A DNA stretch of 64,000 bases, taken from NCBI GenBank assembly GCA_043228905.1, contig JBHGNT010000011.1:14880001-14944000 (forward strand), in the 5' to 3' direction. Shown here piece by piece: positions 51,063 to 64,000 of the stretch. The notes below the pieces were generated by a model. It made no database searches. It worked only from the letters and a program-made list of their open reading frames with translations, and was not told the DNA's origin. This stretch comes from Azolla caroliniana (Eukaryota > Plantae > Polypodiophyta). Within the stretch, counting starts at the first letter, position 1. Every line of letters starts with the position of its first letter. The position numbers and the translations under genes are program-made.

Positions 51063-51350
51063 TATCGCGGAAATCCGCGCCTGCGTTTCGGTCGGACAGG
51101 ACCACCAGGGTCTTTGATCGGGGAGGATAAATCAGGTGACTTGTGCTTGAATCGATCGTTTAGGTTTATGGTCGGGTCATTATTTGTTGTCATAGACACT
51201 TGTGTGGGTTGGACACCCCGTAATGTATGAATTTTGGGAAGTGAAGATAGATGAAGTAAATAGGGAGAAGACTTGGGTGTGCTAAGGAATTCCTGAATTC
51301 CAATCTCTCCATGTTGTTCGGGGTTATTCTAGGTCGGATGGTCATTGTAT
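51063..51350. mobile_element. Truncated Phygy-type LTR fragment
   Basis: TATCGCGG (decayed TGTCGCGG) and GGACCACCAGGGTCTTTGA motif shared with the family LTR ends. Confidence 0.6.
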
Positions 51351-51357
51351 TGCGGTT

Positions 51358-51884
51358 AGAGAATTAACTTGTTTTTGCTTCCATTGTGTGCAGGGAAATT
51401 GGAGGTATTGTTTAAACAAAGCATATATTCAGAATTGGGAGTACCATACATTGAATGATAAGGAAGCAGTTGATGGAGAAATAGAAACAAATGTTGAGTG
51501 ATGTGGAGATACTCTAAGTGATGTCTTAAACGTTGGGGATAATTTCGTTGTAAATGCAGAAGAAGGTAATTCAAAGGGTGTTGATTTCTATATATTGAAG
51601 TGCACTGTTTGTAAACAATGTGCAATGAAGAATATTGTACAGATTCTTGGAGAAATTTTGTATCTGTCAGGACATTCTACATTGAAGGTATATTTTATGC
51701 AAGACTAGATGATTACGATTATGTGTATAGGCTTTTAGAAGACAAACCAGTAGCGTACATGTAATCTCATTTGGTCAGGTGCATCAACGTCCCGATGTCA
51801 CAATACAATAGCTGCTCAGGTTTATACACAGTTAGTGTTAATGTGTATGAATGTATTTACAATAGTATGCCATGGAATTTGTAA
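51358..51884 (+). pseudogene. Degraded C-terminal region of a probable DNA-transposon protein (Sola-like by recollection)
   Basis: RELTCFCFHC..W..C cysteine cluster, GDNFVVNAEEGN..DFYILKC; contains stops and a frameshift. Confidence 0.5.
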
Positions 51885-52439
51885 CTACAAGGAGATCATA
51901 CCAATTTTCTTGTAAAACAAGCAGAGCACATGTATTGCAAAAAAACAGTTTAATAAAATTGTTTGGGAGACTGCCGTCTTTCTGATATACAATTTTCATT
52001 TTGTTCTTGTTTCTTAATAAAATCATTTGGGAGTCTTCTTTTTTATATACAATCTTCTTTTTGTTCTTCTTTCTTAATAAAAAAACAATTTAATAAAATC
52101 GTGTGTCTTTTTTATATACAGTCTTCTTTCTTAAAAAACAATTTAATAAAATCGTTTGGGAGTCTTCTTTATGATATACATTTATACTTATTGCAACTTT
52201 CCGTCTTAGTGTCTATTCAATGTGCATAATGACAATTATACTGTATGGAATACATTTTGGCAATGGGTTTATTACTCTAAAGTGAACCATGTACAAGTTC
52301 AAACAGTTTGCCTAATTCGAAGAAAAAGCAACAGCATGAAATCAGAAATCGTGTACCTACTCTTAAAATTACATCGTGGATAATTTACTGAAAACAAGTG
52401 ATTTAATTCTTCATTGATTAATATGTCATCAAATTACAT

Positions 52440-52830
52440 ATTTATAATACACCATTGGCAATGTCTACAAAGTGCCTATAAAAAGCTAAGCTATTGCTGG
52501 TCAGTTCTATATCCATTATATTCAGGCCAAGTATCCCAAAAATCAGAAAGTCTTTTGAATCTTGCATTATCCTTCTGCTCACATTTTTTGTGTCCACGAA
52601 CCCTTGAAATGTTGTCGCCACTTCGGGAAGAATCTTTGACACACTTCCACACATCTATACGTGGATTTTCACTCCAAATATACAAATCAAAGTATTGCAC
52701 AACCCACTCTAGAAATTGATTCATGTCCCTCCTTGGCTGCATATATCGCACACTCATCAGGACTTTATCAAGCTCCAAGATCAAGGCTCTTCTTTCGGCT
52801 TCTAATGGTTTAGGTTTCCATTCCTATAAC
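52440..52830 (-). pseudogene. Degenerate FCP1/NIF-like (HAD) phosphatase domain fragment
   Basis: RALILELDKVL (DxDxxL-like), FLEW..FDLYIWS, FKRL..FW spacing. Confidence 0.5.
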
Positions 52831-53269
52831 TGAGCTTGTGTTACACAAGTATTGGTAGCACACGATCAATTTCAATCAACTCAGGTTCTGTCGACACAAT
52901 TGGTGTCCTTTTCCTCTTCAAACCCCTGGTCGACTATGTCGTTGGGTTTGGCTTCACCTTGTATTGTTGTTGTGCAGTCATTGGGTCTGGCTTCACATTG
53001 TTTTGCTCTTGTATAGTCGACTGTGTCATCAGTCCTGGCATTACCTCTATGCATGTAGATAGTTCTCTAGTCGATATCAGCCCACTGGTATCACATGTTG
53101 CATCTACATGCAAAATCAGATCATTTGTGCAACATGCTTGATCTACTTGCGTGACAAGATCATTTGTATCAATTGCTACATCTACTTTCAAGATGGGGCC
53201 CTCTAAACACACAGTAACATCAATAGTTGTCTAATTAACCCTTGTTTAATAAACTAATTCTTAACAAGT

Positions 53270-53690
53270 AGTAATGTTGGTAGAGCCCTTACACTACTTC
53301 GCACTCGATCTCACAAGTTAGGTATTGAAGTTGCATCATGGTATCAAAATGTAATGAATTTGAAGACATGTAAAGTATGCAATGAAGACATGGTCGAGGA
53401 TGATTGTCACTTGCTCTTCACATGCTCGACATATAGTGCAATTCGTTCAAGATATGTTGAGATGCTTAGTGGGAGTGATAACTTGAGTGTCATACTTAAG
53501 ACACCACCTAGAAGGTTGAGTTCATATGTGTATGCTTTATTAACACGTAGAGACTTTGTGCTTCAATGTATGAATACCCCTTCTTAGGAAGGAGACACAT
53601 ATTATCAAGAACACATGTATACTCTAGTCCCATAAGCCAAAATTGGCCTCTTTATGGACGATAAAAATTTCAAATTCTAATTCTCTCTCT
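53270..53690 (+). mobile_element. 5'-truncated LINE (C-terminal CCHC zinc finger, 3' UTR, simple-repeat tail)
   Basis: RTRSHKLGIE..W..CKVC..EDDCHLLFTC..Y..IR; stop at 53587. Confidence 0.8.
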
Positions 53691-53699
53691 CTCACACAC

Positions 53700-54607
53700 A
53701 CACACACTCTCTCTCTCAGTCTTGCCTTGTGCCCTGTATCGATCAGAAGAGGAAGGTGAAGCTTGTGCTCACGCAGGAAGCCCATGAGCTCCCAACCAAA
53801 GGTTCATCATTCTGTGTATCTGTGTGTGTGTGTGTTTCGAGAGCGCCCAACTCTGATATCAGCCGAGTCTGGTTGTATTCTTCCCTGAGTTTAATCTATT
53901 TCGTTTTGTTGTATCTAGTCGTGCTCTCCGTGCTTGCATGCATCTCCATTCTGTCTCTGTTGCTCACATTTACCCAAGTCCTGAGCAACGCCCTTGTCAC
54001 TCGTTATCTAGCAACCGGTCCAAAGCAGACCAATCTCCATACCCGTGTGATAGCCGTCCGGCATCCCAGAACCGATCTGGACCGGATACGTGACCGGACA
54101 CCGATCCTGCGAAGATATCAGGTTGACCTTCCTACTCCCACCCGCTTCTTGGTACGAGATCCGTTTCGAGCAATTGTCGGTTGTAGAGGTTCTCAACCCT
54201 CATGCTCTGATACCATGTAAAGAATAAAATGTGGAAGCTTGTAGACAAACCAGCTCAGTCAGATAACAACAATAAACAGAAATGTTCACGTTTAATGGAA
54301 GCTTGAGAATACACAGTACACAGGAGAGACAAAGAGAGTAGAACAATCCAAAAATTGAATATTCAAAAATATCACTCTGTACATACAATGTGCTCGTATT
54401 AGCATTGAAGTACATGTCAGTCGCTCTGTACTTCAATGCTCATACGGCGACTGACACTAACTCCAAGGAATATGCCTATGTATTAGGCTAAGATTGTAGG
54501 CCTCTAACGGCCTACCAGTTACAATTTGATTCGACTCTCCTATACCGATCCGGATGCCTATCCGGTTCTCCGTTCCGAATACCGATATGTCTCTGGCTTA
54601 TTCAACC
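53700..54607 (-). mobile_element. Copia 5' remnant: LTR from 54216 to about 54607, iMet PBS 54204-54215 and leader
   Basis: GCTCTGATACCA|TGTAAAG; far LTR boundary approximate. Confidence 0.75.
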
Positions 54608-54619
54608 GATCCGGATCCG

Positions 54620-56339
54620 GTGCCGGTTGGGACATGTAAATGTCCTCTTCCAAGCCTTCGTGTAAGAATGTCGTCTTGACGTCCAACCGCTCAAGCTCTT
54701 GGTCCTCTATCGCGACGACCCCGAGTAGGACTAAAGGGTGGTCATCTTGACTACTGGAGAGAATATCTCGTCGTAGGTGACCCCATGCTCTTGTTTGAAA
54801 CCCTTCGCGACGAGCTGAGCTTTGTACTTGGGGTTCACTGAGTCAAATACGTATTTGTATCTAAAGACCCATTTGCAGGGCAATGGCTTCCTTCCTACTG
54901 GTAGTTCGACCAGCTCCCATGTATTGTTCAGATAGATTGACTCCATCTTGGATCTCATGGCTTGTAGCCATGTATCGGCGTCTGGTGTAGCGATGGCTTC
55001 TTCATATGTGCTTGGTTCACCTGCATCAGTGTAGTTGACGTAGTCTAGGCCCAGTTGATAGAACTTTGTTGGCCTTCGAACTCATCTAGATCTCCTGGGT
55101 GCCGAAGTGAACTCTTCGAATCCTTCGATCGGCTCTGTCGGTAGATCGGCATTCGTTGAACCACTTATCTGAAGAATCTTGTTGTATGATTCGCCCTTGT
55201 CATAGGAGTTCAGTGATGTCACGTAATCCTCCCTTGCTTCGGAGTCTTAGACGACTAATGTAGGCTTTACCCCGTAGCCTTTTTGGGTTTCGCGATCGAG
55301 TCAACTCTGTCATTTCTGGGTCGAACCCTGTTGACTTTGCCGTTTTCGACTCTTGTCGATTCGGCTTTGTCTTCGAGTTCAACTAGTGGACCTCCTACCG
55401 ATTCAAAGTCGACATGGTCAAGTTCAACTGTTTGTTGAATCGTTAATTCGGCCTGGTAGGTCAGTCTTTCTACAATGTCTCTATCAACTTCAAAGGAGAC
55501 CTTTTTACCAACTATTTTTCTAGTTCCAATGCGAGAGAATAGAGTCTTCATTGAAGACTACGTCAGTACTCCAGATGAATTTCCGATTCTTTGGGTCCCA
55601 TAGCCTGTAGCTGAATTCCCCATTGGTTCCATAGCCGAGAAATATGCATTTCGTTGCATGGGGTGCCAACTTGGTCCTTTTCTCCCTGGGGATGAATGCG
55701 TAGGTTTCACATCCGAATATACGGAGCCTGACATAGGTTAGATGTTTGCCTGACCATAGTACTTGTTGCACTTCGAGAATTATTGCTTTCGATGGCGACA
55801 GGTTGATTAGATATACTACCATCTACAATGCTTCGTCCCAAAACTCCAACTTCAATCCAGAATGTTGGAGCATTTCCGTCACCCTCTATTGGATCATTCT
55901 ATTGATCCATTCGCCCACTCCATTGTACATGGTTGTGTATGGAACAGTCTTTTGATGTCGGATCCCTTCGTCATATAGGTACTGTTTGAAGGCTCGGGAG
56001 GTGTACGCTCCTCCGTTGTCGGATCGGAGTGACTTCTCTCTGTATCCTGACTGGTTCTCCACTTCAGTTATCCACTGAGTGAAGACCTCATGCGCTTCGT
56101 CTTTCAACTAGATCGAATTGCCCCAAAATTTCTGTGTACAATTATCTACAAATGTGATGAAGTACCGGGAGCTTCCTAGTGATCTCTCAGGCATAGGCCC
56201 ACAAATATCTGTGTGCACGAGCCCTAGGGGCTATCGTACTATTTTGTAATGGAGAGAGTGCGAACTTTGGGTCTGTTTCCCGTAGCGACAATGCTCACAG
56301 AAGTCCGTCTTCGCTTGGAGTTTCGGAATGTAGCCATGT
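54620..56339 (-). pseudogene. Copia integrase and RT N-terminus
   Basis: [42 protein letters not shown]. Confidence 0.92.
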
Positions 56340-59300
56340 TGTCCGTCGGAATAGTAACCGACGGACAAGAGCGCAGTAATATAGAATAGAGTAATATTGT
56401 AATGCATGTAAACGGTTCACACGGGAAGCGTGAACGGCTAAAAGACCCTACGTATATAAAGGGCAGAAAACCTCTGATTGAGGTAGCGTGTAATTTTGAA
56501 TGTAAAAGGCGTATTTTAATAGAGTTCTATCTTCTCTGATTCCTATGCGTATCTATGGTTAATCTACTATGTGTCTGTGATTCTTGGGTGGCGTAGCACC
56601 GTCGTAAGAGTATAGGCATGAGTAACAGTGTGTTTGCTAGTCCCCTGTCCAAGGAGTTTGGTTGTAGTCGTCTCCCTTATACGCTACTAGGATACGGGAG
56701 GTATCCCACTAAGTATTACGCTACGACAATACCATTCGTTGCAACACAGTCACTTTGAGGTCTAGGTCGAAGGATTGACCGTAGACCGTGTTCCTAATCG
56801 GTAACACTTTTGGCACGCTTGGTGATCTGTGTCTTCTCACAGACGAACAATGACGAATGGATGTTTAGCCGCAGACGCCCCAGAGAACCAACACGACAAG
56901 ACCGACCAATCACAAGGTCCATCACACGCCAGACAGAGGAACGTGCAAGGCAAAAGCCTCGCATCAGTGACCACAAAGATGATTTCTCGCTCCCCAAATA
57001 CCTCGGCGATACGCAGGAAGCGCGCTCACCACAAAAGCATTGTGATCTTTCCCTACCCGTCGTAGCATCCAGCATGGCCTTTGCTTATCCCGGCTTCAAC
57101 GGCCCACATGGCGCAAAGCCTTTCCAAAGCGGTAGCACACCAGTCCAAAATGACGGAGTTCGGATTAACCTTGGATGAGAGAGCGGCGTTTTGGCATTCG
57201 CAGATGGATCTACCAGCAATCACAACCTTCGACCAGTTGCAGTCAGCCTTTTTGTGGTTTTTTCATCAAAGGGTGCCGTAACGCGAAATCCTCGGGCAGT
57301 TTTACACAATTAAACAATTGCCAACCGAGACGGTAGCAGATTTCAGATTACACTTCCAAAATCTACGGCGGAAATTAGAATGGGGCCCGATGGAGGACGA
57401 GGCTAGGGAAACATTTTTGGCAGCATTACGACGACCCATACGGAAAATGCTCAACAACAATAGCGTGAAAGGGAAAACGGCCGATATGGTCATAGAAAGA
57501 GCGCTACAGCTCGAGCTGGACGAAGAAGAGGAAAGTTTTTCCATGTCCTCATTACGACAAGCATGACCTCAAGACGAGGAACGACATTTTCGCCAAGTGA
57601 TCCAGTGCATGATTTGCTTGAATTCGGGGCATTCCGCAGTTGAATGCAACATGTGAATCCACTGTCCCATCTATCACTCGAAAGCTCACACAATTGAGCA
57701 GTGCGAGTACAATATGTTGAACAAATCCACGCCCACAGTACGTAGCGTGGAAACATAACGTCTCCCACGCCGTAATGAACAAAGGCGGCAAGAAGAACGA
57801 CCACGGTATATGGAGCGGAACCCACGTTGTCGTGTTGTTACGCGCGTGCGTGTAGAAGGGGCGGGACCACCAGGGTCTCGGACTAGGGAGTAGAGGAGAA
57901 AGAATAAGATATGTTTTGGAAGCCTAGCTCAAGAGGAGAAGAAGAAAAAATAAGACCATGACATAGAAGGAGAGATCGGTCGAGGCAAGATGCTCAACAA
58001 GTTATATTAAAACAAACGAATGATTACAACAATGGTGGCCGCATGGGCCGTACCAAACGACTATGAGAAAACCCTAACCGAGAATGAATAAGGAAACCCT
58101 AAACAAAACCCTACCCCTAAAACGGTAAGAACTCTAGACTAAGTGGTATACCTTTCATACGCAAAATAGGCAACCCCTTCATAAGTGACCCCTCCCTTCC
58201 TTTTATAGCCCAAGGAGGGAGGGACCTTACAATGTGGGATAAAATTTCCCCTCTTATTTCTATACACCATTTCCTAGTATAAGTGTGCACATGTTGCACA
58301 CCACCGACTTGCCCATTCCACCCCGGTTTCCCCATATGGACGAAAATCTTCATGACAATGTGATGACTGGCACTACTGAAATCGCCGGAATCACAACGAT
58401 TTCGAGGAAGAAGAGCCAGAGGATAAAGACTATCGTGGCAACCATAGAAATACTAAAGGGGGTCGACACTATGAGAATTATCGTCCGACGAACAAACATG
58501 GCGGCTTCAATGGGCCTCACGGAAAGCATCGTCAGTATCGGGACCAACGGTGGTACGATGAAAGTTCGGATGATGACCGGCACCAGGAACCGCGCCAGGA
58601 CCAACAACAACCATCGCGTATGCTCCGACAAACGAATCCGGACCGAGAGGAGCAAGTCACACCTAGGGATCGGCACACACCACCAGGGGCCAAGAAGGGC
58701 GAATCTAGCATCCATTGTTTTGTTTGTCAACAGCCCGGACATTATGCCACACAATGCCCAATACGCAAGGGCAAGGGGCCCGCCATCAATATGATTACGG
58801 CGGAAGTACAGCAAGTCACGACATGTCAACAAACAAAAAATGTTGATTGGGACGCGCAAGATGAGATACGGCAGACAGCCCAAGCATGGGTTGAAAAAGC
58901 AAACGTGGCAAATACAGAACGCATGCGGAAGGAGTCCGCAAACACGGTGGAATTATTGGAGGAAGGACCATCTCCGGATCCCATATGGCAAGCACTGACA
59001 AGCTGCGAGATAACGTTAACCATGGAGAAGCTATTGCAACTAGTCCCACGATTCCGCCAGGCCGTGGAAGAGCGGATGACGGGCAGACTTGGGGTAAGCA
59101 TCGCCGCGAATTTTACGGACATTAGCGACGGACCAACAGTGGTGGATCACCACAATCCGGTTATTAAGTTGATACTACACGGTCAGGAAATCCCAGGATG
59201 CGTAATCAATGGTGGCTCGGGCGTTAATGTAATTAGCGCGAAGACATGTGAACAATTGGGAATTTCAAAATGGGAAGCTTGCCTGTTTTGGCTTCGCATG

Positions 59301-61234
59301 GCGGATACCCGCTCAGTACGACCATTGGGTTTGATACGCAAGGTAGGCATTATCGTGGGAGGACATCACTTTGACATCTCGGCGGTAGTCCTCACCCTTG
59401 ACGCCCTAGGAGCGTTTCCTATGTTGTTGGGCAAAACGTGGCTTTGTTCAACGAATATCAAGCAGAGGTGGCAACACAAGTGTATCAGCTTTCGACGCGG
59501 ACACACCAAGGTCCGCGTACCAACAGAGGAAATGGCGGCACAACCCAAGGGCATAACACCATTGTACACGAAGGATATATATATGCTGGCTGGGGTGGAT
59601 GATACAGAATTAGAGGTATACCTAAACGAGTACCCTCAGATTATTCCGTTGTTCGAAATCGACGTCATTGAAACCGCATCGGAATATGCCACGCCCGCTA
59701 CACTCCACGACGAGGCTTACGAACCAAACCCGGAGTCAATATTAGAACTAAGCAGAGCACGGGCAGCGTTCGAGAGGGAAATGGAAATTTCACGGCGAGT
59801 CATCGCCTCAACCCTGGAAGAAGTAAACTTGGGTACGGCGTCAGAACCCCGATTCCTCTCCATCGCAAAAGAATTATTGTCGAATCAAAGAGACTCGATG
59901 ATAGCACTACTCAAGAAGTACAAAGATGTGTTCGCCTGGGCCCATGAGGACATAAAGGGGTTAGATCCAAAGTTCTATCAACATAAGATCAATTTAGCAA
60001 ACGACACGAAACCGGTCCAGCAGCGTTGATACCGTATGAACCCAAACTACGCGGCCCGCGTAAAAGAAGAAATTGACAAACTTCTCAAGGCCGGATTAAT
60101 ACGACCAGTTAAACAAGCTACATGGTTAAGCCCGATAGTAGTCGTACCAAAGAAAAATGGCAAAATACGTGTATGCGTGGACTACCGGAAATTGAACGTC
60201 GTAACCATTACGGACGCATTCCCTTTACCGTTCACCGATAGCGTATTGGACGCCGTCGCGGGGCATGACATGTATAGCTTTTTAGATGGCTTTAGTGGGT
60301 ACAACCAAGTACGCATGCACCCCGACGACCAAGAGAAGTCGACGTTTGTCACGGATTGCGGAGTCTATGTCACAGTCGTCATGATGTTCGGGCTAAAGAC
60401 GGCGCCGATGACATTTCAACAGACAATCACGGAGATTTTTGGGGAATATACTCCAGCCTTCATGCAAGTTTTTTAAGACGATTTTGCGGTATATGGGACA
60501 ACAACCGACCATTTTACGCATATGCAACTTTGCCTATAGCATTGTCGAACCGCACGCTTAAGCCTGAATCCCGCCAAATGCGCCTTCGTCGTTACCAGCG
60601 GGGCTCTCCTCAGCCATATAGTCAGCAAGGAAGGGATAGTGGTCGATCCAAATAAAATATCCACGATTACTCACGCGAAAACGCCGACAAACACGAAATC
60701 ACTCAGCAGGTTTTTAGGGCAAATACGATGGCATAGTCGGATGATACGCTATTTGGCGGACTTTGCCACGCCGTTACATGCCGCCGTTCATCGGACTCCC
60801 TTCCGATGGACAAATACGGAAGAGAAGGCATTTGATGCGCTAAAGGTAATGCTAACACAAGCACCCGTCGTACAGCCACCACTTTGGGCGAAGCCATTCC
60901 ATGTGTTCGTAGATGCCTCAGACATAGCAATAGGTAGTTCACTAATGCAGCACATGGAGCTAAATTGGTACCGGCCGGTGTACTACGCTAGTCGGAAATT
61001 ATCAATGGCTGAGCGTAACTATTCCACAACGGAACGTGAGGCGTTGGGTATGATCTACAACATCAATAAGTTCCGGCATTATCAGCTAGGGCGGAAATTC
61101 ACGTTTCACGTGGATCATTCGGCACTGCTATATTTGGTAGAGAAACAAGCGTTGACGAGGAAATTGGCGAGATGGATGATGCTGCTTGAAGAATTCGACT
61201 TTGTAATTCAGCACCGCCCAGGTACGCAACACGT
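56340..61234 (+). mobile_element. Athila/Tat-like (OTA clade) Gypsy, 3'-truncated: LTR 56340-56806, Arg-like PBS TGGCACGC at 56811, degenerate gag-PR-RT-RH
   Basis: CFVCQQPGHYATQC, VINGGSGVN, WLSPIVVVPKKNG, FLDGFSGYNQ, FHVFVDAS; several stops. Confidence 0.88.
57828..58357 (-). mobile_element. Phygy-type solo LTR (530 bp)
   Basis: TGTCGTG..CATGACA; TSD ACGT/ATGT. Confidence 0.9.
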
Positions 61235-61500
61235 TGTCGTGAAGAATTTCAGCCAGAGGCGGAAACCGGGAGATATTGGCTACATCGGCGGGGTGCAGCG
61301 TGTGCGCTCACCCTTGTACATTTCGTGTGAATAACGAGGGCACCTTTATGGCGCCGAAGGGGTAATCAAGTCGGGACAAGAATCCCATGTAATAAGGAAT
61401 TTATCCCACGATGCTACGGATCCCTCTCCTTGTTCTATAAAAGGAAGGGAGTGCCCTTGGTGAAGGGGTTGCCCATTTTTGCATTCGTAGGGTATACCGT
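61235..61500 (+). mobile_element. Phygy-type LTR 5' part (related to 15064-15757), interrupted by another element
   Basis: TGTCGTGAAG start; reverse-complement similarity to 15600-15660. Confidence 0.8.
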
Positions 61501-62245
61501 TGTCGCGTTATTATGCGCATAGGTGTGGAAAGGGGCGGGACCACGGGGGTCTTGGACCGAGGAGCGAGACAGAGAGAGACAGAGAGAGATTTACTAACAC
61601 GAAAAGCGAGAAGGAAAGAGATAGAATCGTAACACTTAATTATAATGGCAAGATATTACAATCCCTGACAGTTACAACCGACGTGGCGGCGACGGACCCG
61701 ACACGGGGACCCTACTCACGCACACCGACGACAGTCACCCGACTCCAAGAAACAAAGGGAAAAGGGAGCGACTCTACTGGAAGCACACGGGCTGTCCACG
61801 AAGCAGAGGCAGTGCACTCCCACAGGTGGCGACGAACCCATAGAGAAGGACGGCTCGAGGAGTAGAGAGAGAGCTCGGCTTCCCTTCTGCAGCAGCCCTC
61901 CCCTTCCCCCTCGCGCGCCCCCCCATTTTTCTCTTCTCTTCTTCCCTTTATTCCTTGTCCCCTCTCTGGGATACGCACAATCCCCTCTAATAAATGCGTG
62001 TGGCTTAGTAGTCACATCCATCATTTCGTGTGCAAAGTATACAGTCACGCGTCCATCCGTGTAGGGGCCGGTTCACGCGCTTTCTCTCCAATTCCGCCTA
62101 TGGCCGGTTTTCTTCACGACATCCACCCCCACCAAACCGCGCATCCACCGGTATGCGCCAGAGACGGGTAGATATCGAAGAAACCCGGCCTCATTCGTTG
62201 CTCTCCGGTTCTCCGTCGGACCCGAACTGATCGTCGTTGTCGTAG
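61501..62245 (-). mobile_element. Phygy-like 3' LTR (61501-62121), PPT and last integrase codons
   Basis: TGTCGCG..CACGACA followed by TCCACCCCC. Confidence 0.88.
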
Positions 62246-64000
62246 GGGAGGGCTGATATAGAAGGGAAGCCGAGCTCTCTCTCTACTCCTCGAGCCGTCC
62301 TTCTCTGTGGGTCCGTCGCCGCCTGTGGGAGTGCGCTGCCTCTGCTTCGTGGACAGCCTGTGTGCTTCCAGCAGAGTCGCTCCCTTTTCCCTTTGTTTCT
62401 TGGAGTCGGGTGACTGTCGTCGGTGTGCGTGAGTAGGGTCCCCATGTCGGGTCCGTCGCCGCCACGTCGGTTGTAACTGTTAGGGATTCTAATCTCTTGC
62501 CATTATAATTAAGTGTTACGATTCTATCTCTTTCCTTCTCGCTTTTCGTGTCAGTGAATATCTCTCTGTCTCTCTCTCTCTCGCTCCTCGGTCCAAGACC
62601 CCCGTGGTCCCGCCCCTTTCCACACATACGCACGTAATAACGCGACATCTTTGGTGAACCCGACATGAAGAGGCAGCAAAGGAGTTGAAAGATGAGGGGA
62701 TCGGAGCTAGCGGAGGCAATGACGGTGGCCGTCGACCGGCTGGTGAGCGCTCGTGAGGGAACGGGTACCCTCGACAGAGCCATTGAATCGATCGTCGGCT
62801 CTATAGGCTGTTTCGGAGGGAAAGACGCCACAAGTTATTTGGAAGCTTACCGGGCCGAAATGATCATGAGGGATATCCCGGTGGACAGGCGGCTGTCCGG
62901 ATTCCCTCGGGTGGTGATGTCAGGCATCCATGCGGAGGTGCTCGAGGTGTTGGTTGGGTGCCAGACTTGGGAGGAGTTCGAGCTGCAACTCCTCGAGAAG
63001 TACGGGTTTGACGACTCGCTCCGGCTGTCGAGGGGGGACTTCATGGCGTGGGTGGAAAGCCCTAGAAAAGGGAGGAACACATCGGTGCTCCTCTAGGAGT
63101 TCGAAAAACGGTTCGCGCGGCTGTCGACACTGGACCAGACGGTGCTCGAAACAAGTCGAGTGCTGATGTTTGTCAAGTCGGTGGATGCGCTCGACAGGGA
63201 AAAGGTGGGTCCCCTATTGGAAACGGAGGAAGGGCTCATGACAGATTGGGCCATGGTAAAACGGGTCTGCAGCCGTTTCGACAAACGGCGCGATTGGAGC
63301 GACGGAAGCACATGGAGGCTCGAGGAGCCGGTTTCGGTGCCGGCTGGGAGGAAGGAAGAGACCCGAATCTGGCCGGAGTCAGGGTCAGCATCGAGCGACG
63401 TGGTCAAAGGCCCATCCGGAGGAGCGGCTCTGGAGGAGCTAACACAGATGGTGCGCGACCTGCAGATCGCACAGGCCCGGAGAGACAGCGGTGAAAAACC
63501 TCGCGACCGGAGGCCGCCAGCTGGGCAGCGGTGCATTGGTGTGACACGATCGGTCACATTCGGAAGGATTGCGTGGATTTCGCCGACGCGCTCAGGACCA
63601 ACATGGTGTACCTCTGGAACGGGCAGGTGCACGCGAGCGAGACCCGGAGAGCCCTGGAACTGAATACGGGGCGCGGCGGAATGAAGAGGTTAATGGAAGA
63701 GGCCGCGGCACGGCACGTCGAATCCGTTAACTATTCAGTGTTGGCAGGAATTCGGGTCGGGGGTGATGAGACCCGGAAGGCGAAGGACTCTGGATTCTGG
63801 CCGCTAGTGCTAGAAGGCCTCTCCGAAGTTCAGCTAAGGAAGGAAGAGGCAGACCGCGCGGAACAACGGGTCCAGGAGGTCACCGGTTGGGACGATCCGG
63901 TCGAAGAGAAAACGGGCTTCGTAGAAGCCGCTTGCCAGAACTACGAGGTTCTGGTGGAGGACAAACAGGCAGGAAAGGCCGGAGGGGTTGGGCCCCCGAG
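62246..64000 (+). mobile_element. Phygy-like element: partial 5' LTR to 62647, Trp PBS 62652-62668, degenerate gag running off the window
   Basis: ORFs 62692..63096 and 63142..63663 homologous to 48476..49474. Confidence 0.9.

Overview
Eukaryotic, almost entirely repetitive DNA from a land plant, probably a non-seed plant (inferred from the LTR lineages present, a TTTAGGG-type telomere filler and a plant group-D MAPK fragment). No intact host gene was found. The window is a deep nest of transposons. (1) Many copies, solo LTRs and fragments of a Phygy-like Ty3/Gypsy family with a tRNA-Trp PBS, RT motif FLDD and 4-bp TSDs centred on CG. It has a conserved -1 frameshift signal with a predicted pseudoknot between protease and RT. 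(2) Several Ty1/Copia elements, one full-length. (3) One young Gypsy element with both ORFs intact, 181-bp LTRs and a tRNA-Ala PBS. (4) A non-autonomous element that appears to self-prime like Tf1. (5) An Athila/Tat-like element and LINE tails. The most unusual structure is an 18.2-kb insertion (22851-41013) in a Copia RT. It has an 8-bp TSD, bipartite CC-starting TIRs with a CACGTG at the same offset at both ends, a body made mostly of CA/TA microsatellite, and a captured intron-containing MAP kinase fragment, so it looks like a Pack-type DNA transposon that I cannot assign to a superfamily. Two unrelated LTR families also carry antisense tRNA-like A/B-box cassettes in U3. All lineage names come from recalled motifs, not database searches.
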